From positions 1 to 33,570 of IMG/VR virus record IMGVR_UViG_3300043447_000083: a stretch of 33,570 bases of DNA, one strand, 5' to 3'. Both the position numbers and the translations under genes were made by a program. This stretch comes from a virus. Lineage: Duplodnaviria > Caudoviricetes. The notes under the pieces are model-generated. The model ran no database searches. It saw only the letters and a list, made by a program, of their open reading frames with translations, and was not told where the DNA came from. Positions 15,652 to 24,905 of this stretch are shown in pieces. The stretch's first letter is position 1; each line of letters begins with the position of its first letter.

Positions 15652-16107
15652 TTATGAGAAGTAAAGGTTTGCCTCAGCTTGTCTACGTTTTGTAAGTCCT
15701 TTTAATACCGAGCCATTAGCTTTATTCCATTTAAGGAACTCATCCGCTATGGTCACGTCTTTAGGGTTAGCGTTTACTTTCTTAATTAATGTAGACTTTT
15801 GTAAAGCTCCATTGCCTAAATTATAAGCAAAAGAAGTGAGGGCATCGAAATTCCCTTGAGATATATCGTCACGGCAAAATGAATCAACCGCTTTTTCATA
15901 GGATACTAATAAGAATTTAAGGAGTTCTTCAGCTTTTTCTTGAGTAATAGCTGGGTCTGATAATTTAACTTTTTGTCCATTAGGGTAATACGTATTTCCG
16001 TAACCAATAGTAGGAATTGAAGCGGGACACAGATAAGGTTTAAGCTTTAATCCCTCAAAATGCTTTATTAGCTCTAGTCCTTTTTGGCTTAACTTCGTTA
16101 TTTTCAT
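15652..16107 (-). CDS. Endolysin, GH24 lysozyme
   Basis: FEG...YLCPA...TIGYG triad (E-x8-C-x5-T), FDALTSFAYNLG and GLTKRRQAEA. Confidence 0.93.
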   Translation of the reverse strand: MKITKLSQKGLELIKHFEGLKLKPYLCPASIPTIGYGNTYYPNGQKVKLSDPAITQEKAEELLKFLLVSYEKAVDSFCRDDISQGNFDALTSFAYNLGNGALQKSTLIKKVNANPKDVTIADEFLKWNKANGSVLKGLTKRRQAEANLYFS

Positions 16108-16381
16108 CTAATAAATTTAGTTTGGATTTAAGCGAAGAGTTCTCGCTTTTAAGACTATGTACTTCAGCGGTTAATATGTCAATCTTCTCAGATAGCTCTT
16201 TTACTTTGTCGGTCATATCTTGAGCTAATTCCCTCCAGATTTTAATCGCCTCGTTAGTATTAGACAACTCCCCCCCTTGTATTTCAATATTCTCTTTTTT
16301 GCGTGTGCTAAAGTACGTTGCTAAAGAAGCTACTAAAGCCGTTAAGATATTTGTGAACCAGTCAGGGAGGGAGTTTAACAC
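16055..16381 (-). CDS. Holin-like protein (1 TM plus coiled coil)
   Basis: Hydrophobic N-terminus followed by RKK and heptads; immediately upstream of the endolysin. Confidence 0.55.
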   Translation of the reverse strand: MLNSLPDWFTNILTALVASLATYFSTRKKENIEIQGGELSNTNEAIKIWRELAQDMTDKVKELSEKIDILTAEVHSLKSENSSLKSKLNLLDENNEVKPKRTRANKAF

Positions 16382-16384
16382 CGC

Positions 16385-16654
16385 TTAGTCTTTTTTAAGT
16401 TTATGTAAAATTTGAGCCTTTGCAATGATAGCGAAGTTCTCGTTATCCTTTACAAAGTTTTTAAATGTTTCTTGGTCACTAGAGTCTAAGTCTAGTACCT
16501 CGCCTTTGTTTAGTGCTACCGCCCAATCCCAAAACTTCAAGGCATCGCCTTTAGATTGTTGAACAAGTGAGTTAGCTACTAGCTTACCAGCGTTAGCGTT
16601 CTCGATGGCTTTACCATCTAAATCTACTAAGTTGAAGTTTAAATCAATTTTCAT
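16385..16654 (-). CDS. Hypothetical protein, first gene of the lysis-cassette transcript
   Basis: 89-aa ORF downstream of an ECF-type promoter. Confidence 0.65.
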   Translation of the reverse strand: MKIDLNFNLVDLDGKAIENANAGKLVANSLVQQSKGDALKFWDWAVALNKGEVLDLDSSDQETFKNFVKDNENFAIIAKAQILHKLKKD

Positions 16655-16675
16655 TCTTTTTGTTGTTTGTTTGCT

Positions 16676-16702
16676 TATAAACGTAATTTACTAAATTTTG
16701 TT
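16676..16702 (-). promoter_or_regulatory. Candidate ECF-type late promoter
   Basis: AACAAAA...TACGTTTATA (AAC-N16-CGT). Confidence 0.7.
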
Positions 16703-16707
16703 TCTAA

Positions 16708-17022
16708 TTAACTCCAAGGTAGCGCGTAAGCCACAATCGGGGGATTAAGAAAATTTTCTATTTGTGAATCAAGGTTTTTTTCAATTGCTTCACAATCCAA
16801 ACTTTTTTCTAGCCAAGACTCGACCATTTCTTTCGTCACTTCATCGTAAGGAGTGAAGCTCGCTTCGTGTGGTGCATCGACTGATAAAGCTCCGTAAGTG
16901 TCAGCCGTGAAGTCTGCATCTTGCTTCTGCGCTCTCCAATGAATTGTAGAAATTACTTTGTCCATTCCGTCAAGGGAAGGGATTGAGTCTAGTTGTGATA
17001 TGATAAATGAAAAGTTACGCAT
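16708..17022 (-). CDS. Tail-fibre-associated small protein
   Basis: IHWR...TYG...FTPYDEVTKEMVESW...NPP...LPW, an acidic type seen after tail fibre genes. Confidence 0.6.
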   Translation of the reverse strand: MRNFSFIISQLDSIPSLDGMDKVISTIHWRAQKQDADFTADTYGALSVDAPHEASFTPYDEVTKEMVESWLEKSLDCEAIEKNLDSQIENFLNPPIVAYALPWS

Positions 17023-17476
17023 AAATGTATCTAGTTATGTTCTTTTTAGTTCCGTTTAATCTACTTATTAATGTAGGTCTTTTTAATCCCATCAAATTAG
17101 CTAGCTCAGTTGCTGAATCGTAAAATACTCCAGTGTAAGTATCTAGTACAATTCGTTTAATATGATTGCTATTAGCTAGATTATTTTTGTGAGCGTGTAT
17201 TTGATTTTCTTGATTATTACACCACTCTAAATTCTCTAGTCTATTATCGTGCTTAATTCCGTTAATATGATTGACTTGATTCTTACCTTCTAATTTTGGC
17301 AAAAATGCAATAGCTACTAATCTGTGAACTCTATAATTAATGTATTTACCATCAAATAAAAGTCGAACTCTTAAATATCCTTTTTCGCCTTTATTAGGCT
17401 TTAAGAATTTATTTTTATTCAGCGAAAAAACCTTTCCGTCTGAATGAATAATATAGTTACCTATTTGTTTTTCCAT
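17015..17476 (-). CDS. HNH homing endonuclease
   Basis: VHRLVAIAF...VNHINGIKHDNRLENLEWC...N..H with a C-terminal NUMOD1-like HTH. Confidence 0.92.
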   Translation of the reverse strand: MEKQIGNYIIHSDGKVFSLNKNKFLKPNKGEKGYLRVRLLFDGKYINYRVHRLVAIAFLPKLEGKNQVNHINGIKHDNRLENLEWCNNQENQIHAHKNNLANSNHIKRIVLDTYTGVFYDSATELANLMGLKRPTLISRLNGTKKNITRYIYA

Positions 17477-17493
17477 ATACTAATATACGAAAT

Positions 17494-20259
17494 TTAGTCC
17501 GTATAAACTGCACAAATATTGTTTCCGCTATTTAAACCGTTAATAATTAAGTTACCACCAGATACCGAAAAGGTAGCAGTTTGATTATTGTAAACGTAAA
17601 TTTGTGTTGTATTAGTAACTGCGTCACCTTCATTACTAAGTAATACATTCCATTCACCGCCCCTTACTGCACCTCCAGCATCGTAGTTACTTGAAACCAT
17701 TACTTTATATAAAGTCCTACCAGTTGCTTTAGCTATTGAAGCACCATTACTTACACCTACTCCGCTCCTAATTGCACCGCTTACGTCTAATCTTTGAGAT
17801 GGATTTGTTTGGTTTACACCTAAGAAACCAGCGCTAGTAATCCGCATACGTTCGGTAAATGAGGCAGTAGCTCCAGCCGTTCCATTTGCAAAATTAGAAA
17901 ATTGAATAGCACCATCATCTTTTCTCAATAGAATTGCTGCACCATATCCATTATTTTTATACGTCCAATTATTAGAAGTTGAATAATATGTATTAACTCC
18001 CAAAAAAGTATAATCTGTATAATTAGCTATTGAAGCATTTGTACCTATATCTAACGCAGTAAAAGCATTCCAAGAGCTTCCAGTCGTTCCGATGCCTACG
18101 TTGCCAGATTGCGTAATTCTCATTCTTTCAGTATTATTTGTACCAAAAGAAATTCCACTAGCTGAGTAACCTTGCTTATTCATCAAGGTCATCATATCAG
18201 TATTTTGATTAAAATTTAAATAACCAATTTGATAAACATCTGATGTATCTCTTATAGATATTAAAGCCGTTGAGCCATCTACTGATGGATTTTTTATTGT
18301 AGTACCTACTGCCGTAACACTACTCGAAAACGTTGCTGCGCCTGTGTCTGCAATCTGTAAAACCGTTGCGCTATTAGCTGAATTTTGAAAGAAATAACCA
18401 CCAGTATCACCGCCAAAAAATACTCTATTTGCGTTTCTAAAAATAGAAGCTACTTGAAAACTATTAGCTGTTCCAGTTAAATTTATAGCCCCACTAAACG
18501 TAGCACTTGTGCCGCTTAAAGCTCCCGTAAGTGTGGCGCCAGTTGCGCTTAATGTACCAGTCGTAGAAAGATTTCCAGCTGAACTTAACTGCATAGTTAC
18601 ATTACCGCCATTAGTCTCGAAATCTAATCCACCTCCGACAGTATAGTTAGCTAAAACTACTTTGTCAGTATGTCCAAAGTATAAACCAGTATTTGGAGTG
18701 CCACCGCTTAAAATAATTCTTGTAGCCGTAATAGAACTAGATAAACTTACTGAAGTTCCGCTTAATGCTCCCGTTAAAGTTCCACCAGTTAAAGGAAGAT
18801 AAGAGCTTAATTGTGAAGTAAGAGCAAGCGTTCCATCTGAACTAGGTAAAGTTAAAAGTGGATTAAATCCAGTCGCGTATAAAAAGCTAAAACCTCTAGT
18901 TGTACTCGCAACAGTTCCTACTAATACATTGAAGGTATCATCCGACGTATAAATAGTTGTATTGCCTCCAAAACTAACAGAACCAGAACCAGTGTTTTTA
19001 ATAATAAAAGAACTATTAAATACTGGCTGATTGCTAAAAGTTTTTACTCCAGCTATCGTCTGCGTTCCAGTCAATTTAACTACCGCAGAATCTAGCGCAT
19101 AAGTGCTATTATCGTAGCTGATTGTACTTCCGCTAGCCTTAACAAATCCAGTTCCGTTTAATTGAGCTTGTGGAGTGTACCCTAAAACAGTTACAATGCT
19201 TTTATTTTTCCAAAGGCTAGTTGAAGATTCGTAAAACAAACCATCGTTATTAGCTTTTGAAGTAATTAAAACATCGTGAATTTCATCAAGTTCATAACCA
19301 TTTTGAATCTTAACCTCAATTTGTCCTTGAGTAGGATGTGAACGAGTTACAACTCCGATATAAACTAAGTGAGCTGGTGCAACTTGCTTTGTAGTCGTAT
19401 AAGTTCCTGCCGTTGTAGATGAAAGATATAATTGAACTCCTTCGCTAATTGCTGAAGTATCTAAACCTACAATATCGCCTGTACAAACGACATACCCATT
19501 AGCATTATTTGCAATATCAGCTTGACATAAACCAAATGTTTGAGCCGATGTAGAATCGCCCGTAGCTAATGCTTTTGAAACCGTTGGCTTATTCCCAGTC
19601 GCTCCCGAAATATAAACGATTGTTCCCTTTGTTAATGTAGCTCCCGTTGTATTTCTAACCTCACGGACTAAAGTACCAGCTTGTCCTGCAATTGGAAAAG
19701 TTACAGGAGTTCCTGCTCCATTAAGATATTGAGTAGAATCGCCAGTCGGATTATTAAACTTAGCATTTAAAGCATTTTGTAAATCAGTTTGTGAGCTTAA
19801 TGTACCTGTAATTGCTCCCCAAACTGCGCTTGAATCCTTTATTTCTATGTAAGCTGAACCAGACCATCTATAAATTAAATTTGTGTCTAAAACGACATAA
19901 ATCTTACCTGTTTCTCCAGTCGAAGGAAGTGCTGAATATGTAGCAACCTCCACTACATCATCAACATAGCTAGGTAGCTGACTAGATGGAACTTTACCAC
20001 CTACTAAATCAGCCTTTAAACCTAGAGCCGTGTTAAGGTCAGTTTGAGAAGAAAGAGTTCCACTAATCTCACCCCAATTAACTCCAAAGTTACCCGTTAA
20101 GGAATTGATATTAATCTCAACAACCGTAGGAGTGACATTCAATGTTATGTCCTCTCTATTGTCTATTATATTGACATCGATAATCTCGTCCGTAGGTTGA
20201 GACGTAATCTCGATTAAATTAGTAGTTTCTGTTACTATGATGTCTATAATATCTTCCAT
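17494..20259 (-). CDS. Tail fibre / receptor-binding protein
   Basis: 921 aa, Thr/Gly/Ser-rich. WG.I.GTLSSQTDL occurs twice; also YLPLTGGTLTG and ERMRIT..G.vG repeats. Confidence 0.85.
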   Translation of the reverse strand: MEDIIDIIVTETTNLIEITSQPTDEIIDVNIIDNREDITLNVTPTVVEININSLTGNFGVNWGEISGTLSSQTDLNTALGLKADLVGGKVPSSQLPSYVDDVVEVATYSALPSTGETGKIYVVLDTNLIYRWSGSAYIEIKDSSAVWGAITGTLSSQTDLQNALNAKFNNPTGDSTQYLNGAGTPVTFPIAGQAGTLVREVRNTTGATLTKGTIVYISGATGNKPTVSKALATGDSTSAQTFGLCQADIANNANGYVVCTGDIVGLDTSAISEGVQLYLSSTTAGTYTTTKQVAPAHLVYIGVVTRSHPTQGQIEVKIQNGYELDEIHDVLITSKANNDGLFYESSTSLWKNKSIVTVLGYTPQAQLNGTGFVKASGSTISYDNSTYALDSAVVKLTGTQTIAGVKTFSNQPVFNSSFIIKNTGSGSVSFGGNTTIYTSDDTFNVLVGTVASTTRGFSFLYATGFNPLLTLPSSDGTLALTSQLSSYLPLTGGTLTGALSGTSVSLSSSITATRIILSGGTPNTGLYFGHTDKVVLANYTVGGGLDFETNGGNVTMQLSSAGNLSTTGTLSATGATLTGALSGTSATFSGAINLTGTANSFQVASIFRNANRVFFGGDTGGYFFQNSANSATVLQIADTGAATFSSSVTAVGTTIKNPSVDGSTALISIRDTSDVYQIGYLNFNQNTDMMTLMNKQGYSASGISFGTNNTERMRITQSGNVGIGTTGSSWNAFTALDIGTNASIANYTDYTFLGVNTYYSTSNNWTYKNNGYGAAILLRKDDGAIQFSNFANGTAGATASFTERMRITSAGFLGVNQTNPSQRLDVSGAIRSGVGVSNGASIAKATGRTLYKVMVSSNYDAGGAVRGGEWNVLLSNEGDAVTNTTQIYVYNNQTATFSVSGGNLIINGLNSGNNICAVYTD

Positions 20260-20261
20260 TA

Positions 20262-20600
20262 TTAGCGAGTTACTTCTGGTGTTACATTAAATCCTCCTTT
20301 TACATACGTTCTTACTTCTCCACTAGCTAAAGTGAATTGAATGTCATAAACATAATTGTAAACTTCAATGTCAATAATCTGAGCATTAATCTTAAATTGC
20401 CCTAATGAAGCATTCGTAATTGTGATGCCTGCACTAGATACGGAAGTTAAAGTAAGAGCTGAACTTACATCTGAATAGCACTTTCTAAGTTGCATTTTGA
20501 TAACTGAACCGGTTAAGTTAATAGCTGTGCCATTCTTTTTAACCTCGAAAGCTACTTCACTAAATGTATCGCCTTTTGTGTGCGTGAAATTAAGAGCCAT
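20262..20600 (-). CDS. BppU-N-like fibre attachment protein
   Basis: KGDTF...INLTG..IKMQLR...YVYDIQ...G.F.V.PEVT; precedes the fibre gene. Confidence 0.55.
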   Translation of the reverse strand: MALNFTHTKGDTFSEVAFEVKKNGTAINLTGSVIKMQLRKCYSDVSSALTLTSVSSAGITITNASLGQFKINAQIIDIEVYNYVYDIQFTLASGEVRTYVKGGFNVTPEVTR

Positions 20601-20665
20601 TTTCTATTTTATTAAGGTAAACCTTTAGTTTTTTAATATTAGTCGCTTTAGGAGCATACTTGCCT

Positions 20666-21166
20666 CTACAAGTACCAGCCTGCACTAAAGGAGCTTTTGT
20701 CTGGGTACATATCCGCATTAGAATTTGTGTTATATTCGGGATAAGAAGATTGATTAAAACTCATGTAATCTACAAAACGTCTTGTGTAGTGTTCAGCTAT
20801 CGAACGTTCCTTTTCTACTAAGAAATCTACTTCGCTTTTATCTACGTTTGTGCTATTCTCACTATTGTGCTTAAATACTCCTTTATTAGCAATTGTGTAC
20901 GCTGCGAATGGTAAAAACTCTACCATAGACCAATGGATAACCATAGGCTTGATATACACGTTTAAAAGCATCATGTAAGAGCTATTTAAGTTAGCGTTTA
21001 CGATACCATCGTTAATCTTATTGAATAGTTTAGTTCCTAGATAACCTTGAATATGAGTATCTTGAGCAACTTTAACCCATTGAATAAACTTATCTACGTC
21101 TACATTACCATTTACGGCTGTAAATTTTACAATGTCATCCCTAGAAACAAAAAGAGCTTGAGCCAT
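20666..21166 (-). CDS. Head-tail adaptor-like protein
   Basis: 166 aa, helical, directly after the portal; positional inference. Confidence 0.55.
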   Translation of the reverse strand: MAQALFVSRDDIVKFTAVNGNVDVDKFIQWVKVAQDTHIQGYLGTKLFNKINDGIVNANLNSSYMMLLNVYIKPMVIHWSMVEFLPFAAYTIANKGVFKHNSENSTNVDKSEVDFLVEKERSIAEHYTRRFVDYMSFNQSSYPEYNTNSNADMYPDKSSFSAGWYL

Positions 21167-21183
21167 TTTTTTTAATTATTAAA

Positions 21184-22923
21184 TTACATATCATGAGGCG
21201 CAATGTACGCTCTCTTGTCTACCGTTGGTAATATTTCTCCCGCCTTACGTGCTTGAGCTGGTGTAATCTCTACCGCACCTTTTTTGCGTGGGTCTGTAAA
21301 TCTTCTATAAGTCTCTCTTGTCCAAAAATGTCTACAAGTACCAAACTTATAAGCATCGCTTAATTTACCGCCTCCCTTCCATAGGAAAATATCATATGGA
21401 GCATTAGGATTAGGGCTCATTCCGAAACCAGGATTAACGTTCTTTGAGCTCATTTTATCTATATCTTCTTTACGATATAGCTTATTCATTTGCATCATTT
21501 TTTTGCAAAATTCACGCTCAGGATTAGAATTGCCACTATAACGATAACGGCTCATAAATAACTTACCATCCATTGAAGATTTCAAATCTGGTCTAGCTAC
21601 ACCAGTTGAAACACTTGCGAAATTCCAAATTTTAGAAAATACTGATTTTTTAGGATTATTTAATAATTCTAATTCAGCATCTAACTTTTGTTCCTCTTCT
21701 AAGCTCTCAACTACTCTTGAATCAACTAACTCCCACTCTTCTAGGTCAATCTCCTCGCCAAACTCATCTAAACTATCTAAATGAGAAGATAGCTTTACCC
21801 CAGTCTCCTCCTCCATTGTGGCCGAATCCATTTTAGGGTTTTGGTCGATAAACTCTAAAGGCTGTAACGTTTTAAAGTAAAGGTTTAAGCTAATAGAGTT
21901 AAACGCTAAAATCTTATCGATAGAATCTAACACCGTACCTTGTTTAGGACGAATAACCATATTATCGAATAATATAGAGGCATTCTTTAACTCGTCTGCA
22001 TTAGAGCTAAATCCATTGTTAGATGGGATACCAAATAATAAACCACTTGTAATAGAGTGACCTAATAGAATTTTACCTCTAGCCTCCTCGCTTAAATATT
22101 GGTAGTGAGCCGGAGCATCGTTTAAAGGTACGCTATCAATTGTAGTCTTCTTAGTCTCATCGCTATTGAACGCTACAACTATTTTAGCTCCGTTTGAGCC
22201 ACTTAATTTACGTTTTACATCCGAAGCTATTAAACCTTGCTTTTCTTCGTCTGGTACTCCATTATTAAAGTTAATAACGCTAGTAGGCGAGAAGCCATTT
22301 TGTACGTCATTAATTAAGTAGTCCGCAATCTCTTCTTCTAAAGTCGCATAAGGTAAAGCACCGATATAATCAACATTAGAGTAATACTTTTGTCCTACGC
22401 TATAATCACGCACACAAAGAAGCTCTAAAGTCTTATCTCCGTATCCAAAAGCACCAATACGCTTAGGAGGATAATTCTTTGTATCGCTCCAATTGTCTGA
22501 GTAATAGTAACCAGTAATCTCTCCTTTCTCGTTGCACTTTTCCGTTCGGATTAATTGAGCTGGGACGTGTTCTACTCTTACTACCGCATTTTTAGCCTTG
22601 TTGTAAATTACTTGAAAATATCCTTGACCTAAAAGCTTGTAGTCCGTAATTACGCACTTCAAAACCTCCGGTCTGAATAACATCTTCATTTGAGCGTATT
22701 CGTTCGGCTTCTTATTTGAATCGGTAGCATCTAAACCCCTACCATAAATAAGCTTATTAATAGAATTAATAACCGAGTTATTAGTAGTCGAGTTATTATA
22801 TCTATCAATTAGGTATTTAAAGTATTCGTTGTCATCGCCAAAATTAACCCATGCTTCCTTATTAGACTCGATGGATTGAGGCGGTTTATGCGATTCAAAG
22901 TTAAAAACGTGAACGTTACTCAT
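21184..22923 (-). CDS. Portal protein with C-terminal Cys/His extension
   Basis: Portal-like core (DYKLLGQGYFQVI, NGFSPTSVI, GSNGAK, ILLGHSIT), then an acidic linker and an EFC...KGG...CRHFW domain. Confidence 0.8.
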   Translation of the reverse strand: MSNVHVFNFESHKPPQSIESNKEAWVNFGDDNEYFKYLIDRYNNSTTNNSVINSINKLIYGRGLDATDSNKKPNEYAQMKMLFRPEVLKCVITDYKLLGQGYFQVIYNKAKNAVVRVEHVPAQLIRTEKCNEKGEITGYYYSDNWSDTKNYPPKRIGAFGYGDKTLELLCVRDYSVGQKYYSNVDYIGALPYATLEEEIADYLINDVQNGFSPTSVINFNNGVPDEEKQGLIASDVKRKLSGSNGAKIVVAFNSDETKKTTIDSVPLNDAPAHYQYLSEEARGKILLGHSITSGLLFGIPSNNGFSSNADELKNASILFDNMVIRPKQGTVLDSIDKILAFNSISLNLYFKTLQPLEFIDQNPKMDSATMEEETGVKLSSHLDSLDEFGEEIDLEEWELVDSRVVESLEEEQKLDAELELLNNPKKSVFSKIWNFASVSTGVARPDLKSSMDGKLFMSRYRYSGNSNPEREFCKKMMQMNKLYRKEDIDKMSSKNVNPGFGMSPNPNAPYDIFLWKGGGKLSDAYKFGTCRHFWTRETYRRFTDPRKKGAVEITPAQARKAGEILPTVDKRAYIAPHDM

Positions 22924-23242
22924 AGAAAATTATATTTTGGTCGTTTTGTACGTATTCGTCTTTATTTACGCTATACGTTCCTATTGTTTGATTCGTGCAA
23001 AAAACTTTATCTCTAAATATTAACTCAGAATCTTGCTTAATGGTCATTGTATAAAAATGCCCTTCTTTTAAAGCTAATATTTTACTAAAGGTTAGATAGT
23101 AAGATGTTTGAGTACAAGTGATATCGTACTCTACTTCTACGTTGGTAGATTCATTGCGTAAATATAATTTATTCCCCGCATTTCTACGAGTTGGAACAAA
23201 TCTTACACTTTGAGCCGAATTGGTTTCTCTTAAAACTATCAT
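22916..23242 (-). CDS. Small beta-rich virion protein
   Basis: 108 aa overlapping the portal start; preceded by a late promoter. Confidence 0.55.
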   Translation of the reverse strand: MIVLRETNSAQSVRFVPTRRNAGNKLYLRNESTNVEVEYDITCTQTSYYLTFSKILALKEGHFYTMTIKQDSELIFRDKVFCTNQTIGTYSVNKDEYVQNDQNIIFYE

Positions 23243-23247
23243 TTTAT

Positions 23248-23274
23248 TATAAACGTTATTTTATACGTTTTGTT
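23248..23274 (-). promoter_or_regulatory. Candidate ECF-type late promoter
   Basis: AACAAAA...AACGTTTATA (AAC-N16-CGT), 5 nt from the ATG. Confidence 0.7.
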
Positions 23275-23283
23275 TTTTAAACG

Positions 23284-23309
23284 AAAAAGGGGAAGACATC
23301 TGCTCCCCC
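23284..23309 (-). terminator. Intrinsic terminator after the tail-tube gene
   Basis: GGGGGAG-CAGATGT-CTTCCCC-TTTTT. Confidence 0.8.
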
Positions 23310-23335
23310 AATTTCAAACCTCAAACAACAAAATC

Positions 23336-23863
23336 CTAAGACCCAGATGTAACCGTAAAACCGGCTGCAGTCAAAGTAGTAGTTAAGAAGTTAGCAGGTA
23401 CTGGCTCTTGTCCAGTAAGGACTAAAGTGTAACCGCTTAAATCTCCCATTGCAGCTCCAGTAACGATAGTACCGCCAGATACTTCCATACCGTGCTGAAG
23501 TCCGCAATAGAATAAGTTTCCATTGTTATCTTCTACGATAACTTGAGGACGTCCGTAAGACAAAAGCTTAATTTGCTTATGGTCTACAATAGACAATTTT
23601 TTTAACGTTAAGTTTAAAGTTTGCTCGAAGAATGTAGTACCATTCTCACGAGAAGAAGTAATAGTTTGCTCGAAAGAACTATTACCTTTTAAGTCGTACT
23701 TATATGCTACTGGTGTTCCAGCTACCGCTGAGATTGCATCCGTATTTGTAACATCGTAAGTAACTCCCGTAGCATCGCCCTCGTTAACGAAGTAAACGGC
23801 TTTTAATCCACCGTTACTCGTTTTGCAAGGCTCAATTCTGCCTAAAGAAATATCACAAGCCAT
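23336..23863 (-). CDS. Major tail (tube) protein, putative (175 aa)
   Basis: Beta-rich with high-expression context. Start is MACDIS at 23863, because the longer start lies inside the upstream terminator. Confidence 0.6.
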   Translation of the reverse strand: MACDISLGRIEPCKTSNGGLKAVYFVNEGDATGVTYDVTNTDAISAVAGTPVAYKYDLKGNSSFEQTITSSRENGTTFFEQTLNLTLKKLSIVDHKQIKLLSYGRPQVIVEDNNGNLFYCGLQHGMEVSGGTIVTGAAMGDLSGYTLVLTGQEPVPANFLTTTLTAAGFTVTSGS

Positions 23864-23884
23864 TTTGTATAATTTAAAAGATTG

Positions 23885-23915
23885 AAAAATAAGCACCCCG
23901 AATTAACGAGGTGCT
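23885..23915 (-). terminator. Intrinsic terminator after the major capsid gene
   Basis: AGCACCTCG-TTAATT-CGGGGTGCT-TATTTTT. Confidence 0.8.
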
Positions 23916-23926
23916 ATTGAAGCTAA

Positions 23927-24886
23927 TTAGTTAGCCGAGTTAGTGATTCCGTAAGTAACGATATCTTCTACCGCACCGTATTGAACACCAGCAGTTAAAC
24001 GCATAACTACTCTGACATTTTCACTTCCATCCACATCTGCCATGTCAATAACCTTAACAGAAGAAGAATCCATGTCAGCTAATAAGCCAGTTCCGAAGAA
24101 TAAGTTTTCTTTAGTAGTTGCAATCGCTGTGTTAGAAGCTAAACCATTAGCTACGAAAATCTTAACACCATCAAATGATAAAGAACCATTGTTGTACCAT
24201 TGAGTTCCCATTGCGTTAGTACCATTAGCACCTAAGCCAGAAGCAGCAAATCCACCCAAAGCACGAACGTAAGCACGAGCAATGTTTTGAGAAACGTAGA
24301 TATGTAAGCCATCTTGTCCGTAAAGAGCTGCAGGGATTGCATCAACAATCTTACCTAATTCAGCAACTACGTTAGAAGCCGTAACGGTTGTACCCGCAAC
24401 TTCTTGAGCCGTTGGCAATGAAGCATCTGCAGCTAACAATGTAGCGAAACCATTGAACTCGCCAGCGTTAGCCGTAACACCAGTCCAGATGTTTGTTTCG
24501 TTCTTAGCAGCAACCTTCGCAGCTACGTGAGCTACTAAGAAATCAGCGAAAGATTTAGGAAGTACATCGAATGCCGAGTATCCTTGTTCTGCAGAAAGCC
24601 AGTCCGAATGAAAGTCTTTTTTGCATAATTGAAGGTTAACTTGAAATTCTTCTGGTTGTAAGATACGCTCGGTTAAAGTAACCGTAGACGTTGCAGAGAA
24701 ATCACAAGTAGCATCTTTTAAGATAGCATCCGTAGATAATTTCTTAACCACTTCTTTGTATTTGATACCAGGTTTAACCGTGATACCACCCGCATCGATA
24801 GTAGGAGAAGATAAAAGGGCTGCAGAGATGATTTGATTTTTAAACTCACCTGCATAAGTTGTAGTAATACTGGTTGTAGTAGCCAT
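23927..24886 (-). CDS. Major capsid protein
   Basis: 319 aa, Ala/Gly-rich, after protease and scaffold, followed by a terminator. Confidence 0.8.
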   Translation of the reverse strand: MATTTSITTTYAGEFKNQIISAALLSSPTIDAGGITVKPGIKYKEVVKKLSTDAILKDATCDFSATSTVTLTERILQPEEFQVNLQLCKKDFHSDWLSAEQGYSAFDVLPKSFADFLVAHVAAKVAAKNETNIWTGVTANAGEFNGFATLLAADASLPTAQEVAGTTVTASNVVAELGKIVDAIPAALYGQDGLHIYVSQNIARAYVRALGGFAASGLGANGTNAMGTQWYNNGSLSFDGVKIFVANGLASNTAIATTKENLFFGTGLLADMDSSSVKVIDMADVDGSENVRVVMRLTAGVQYGAVEDIVTYGITNSAN

Positions 24887-24905
24887 TTTTTAATTTGTTA
24901 GTTAA

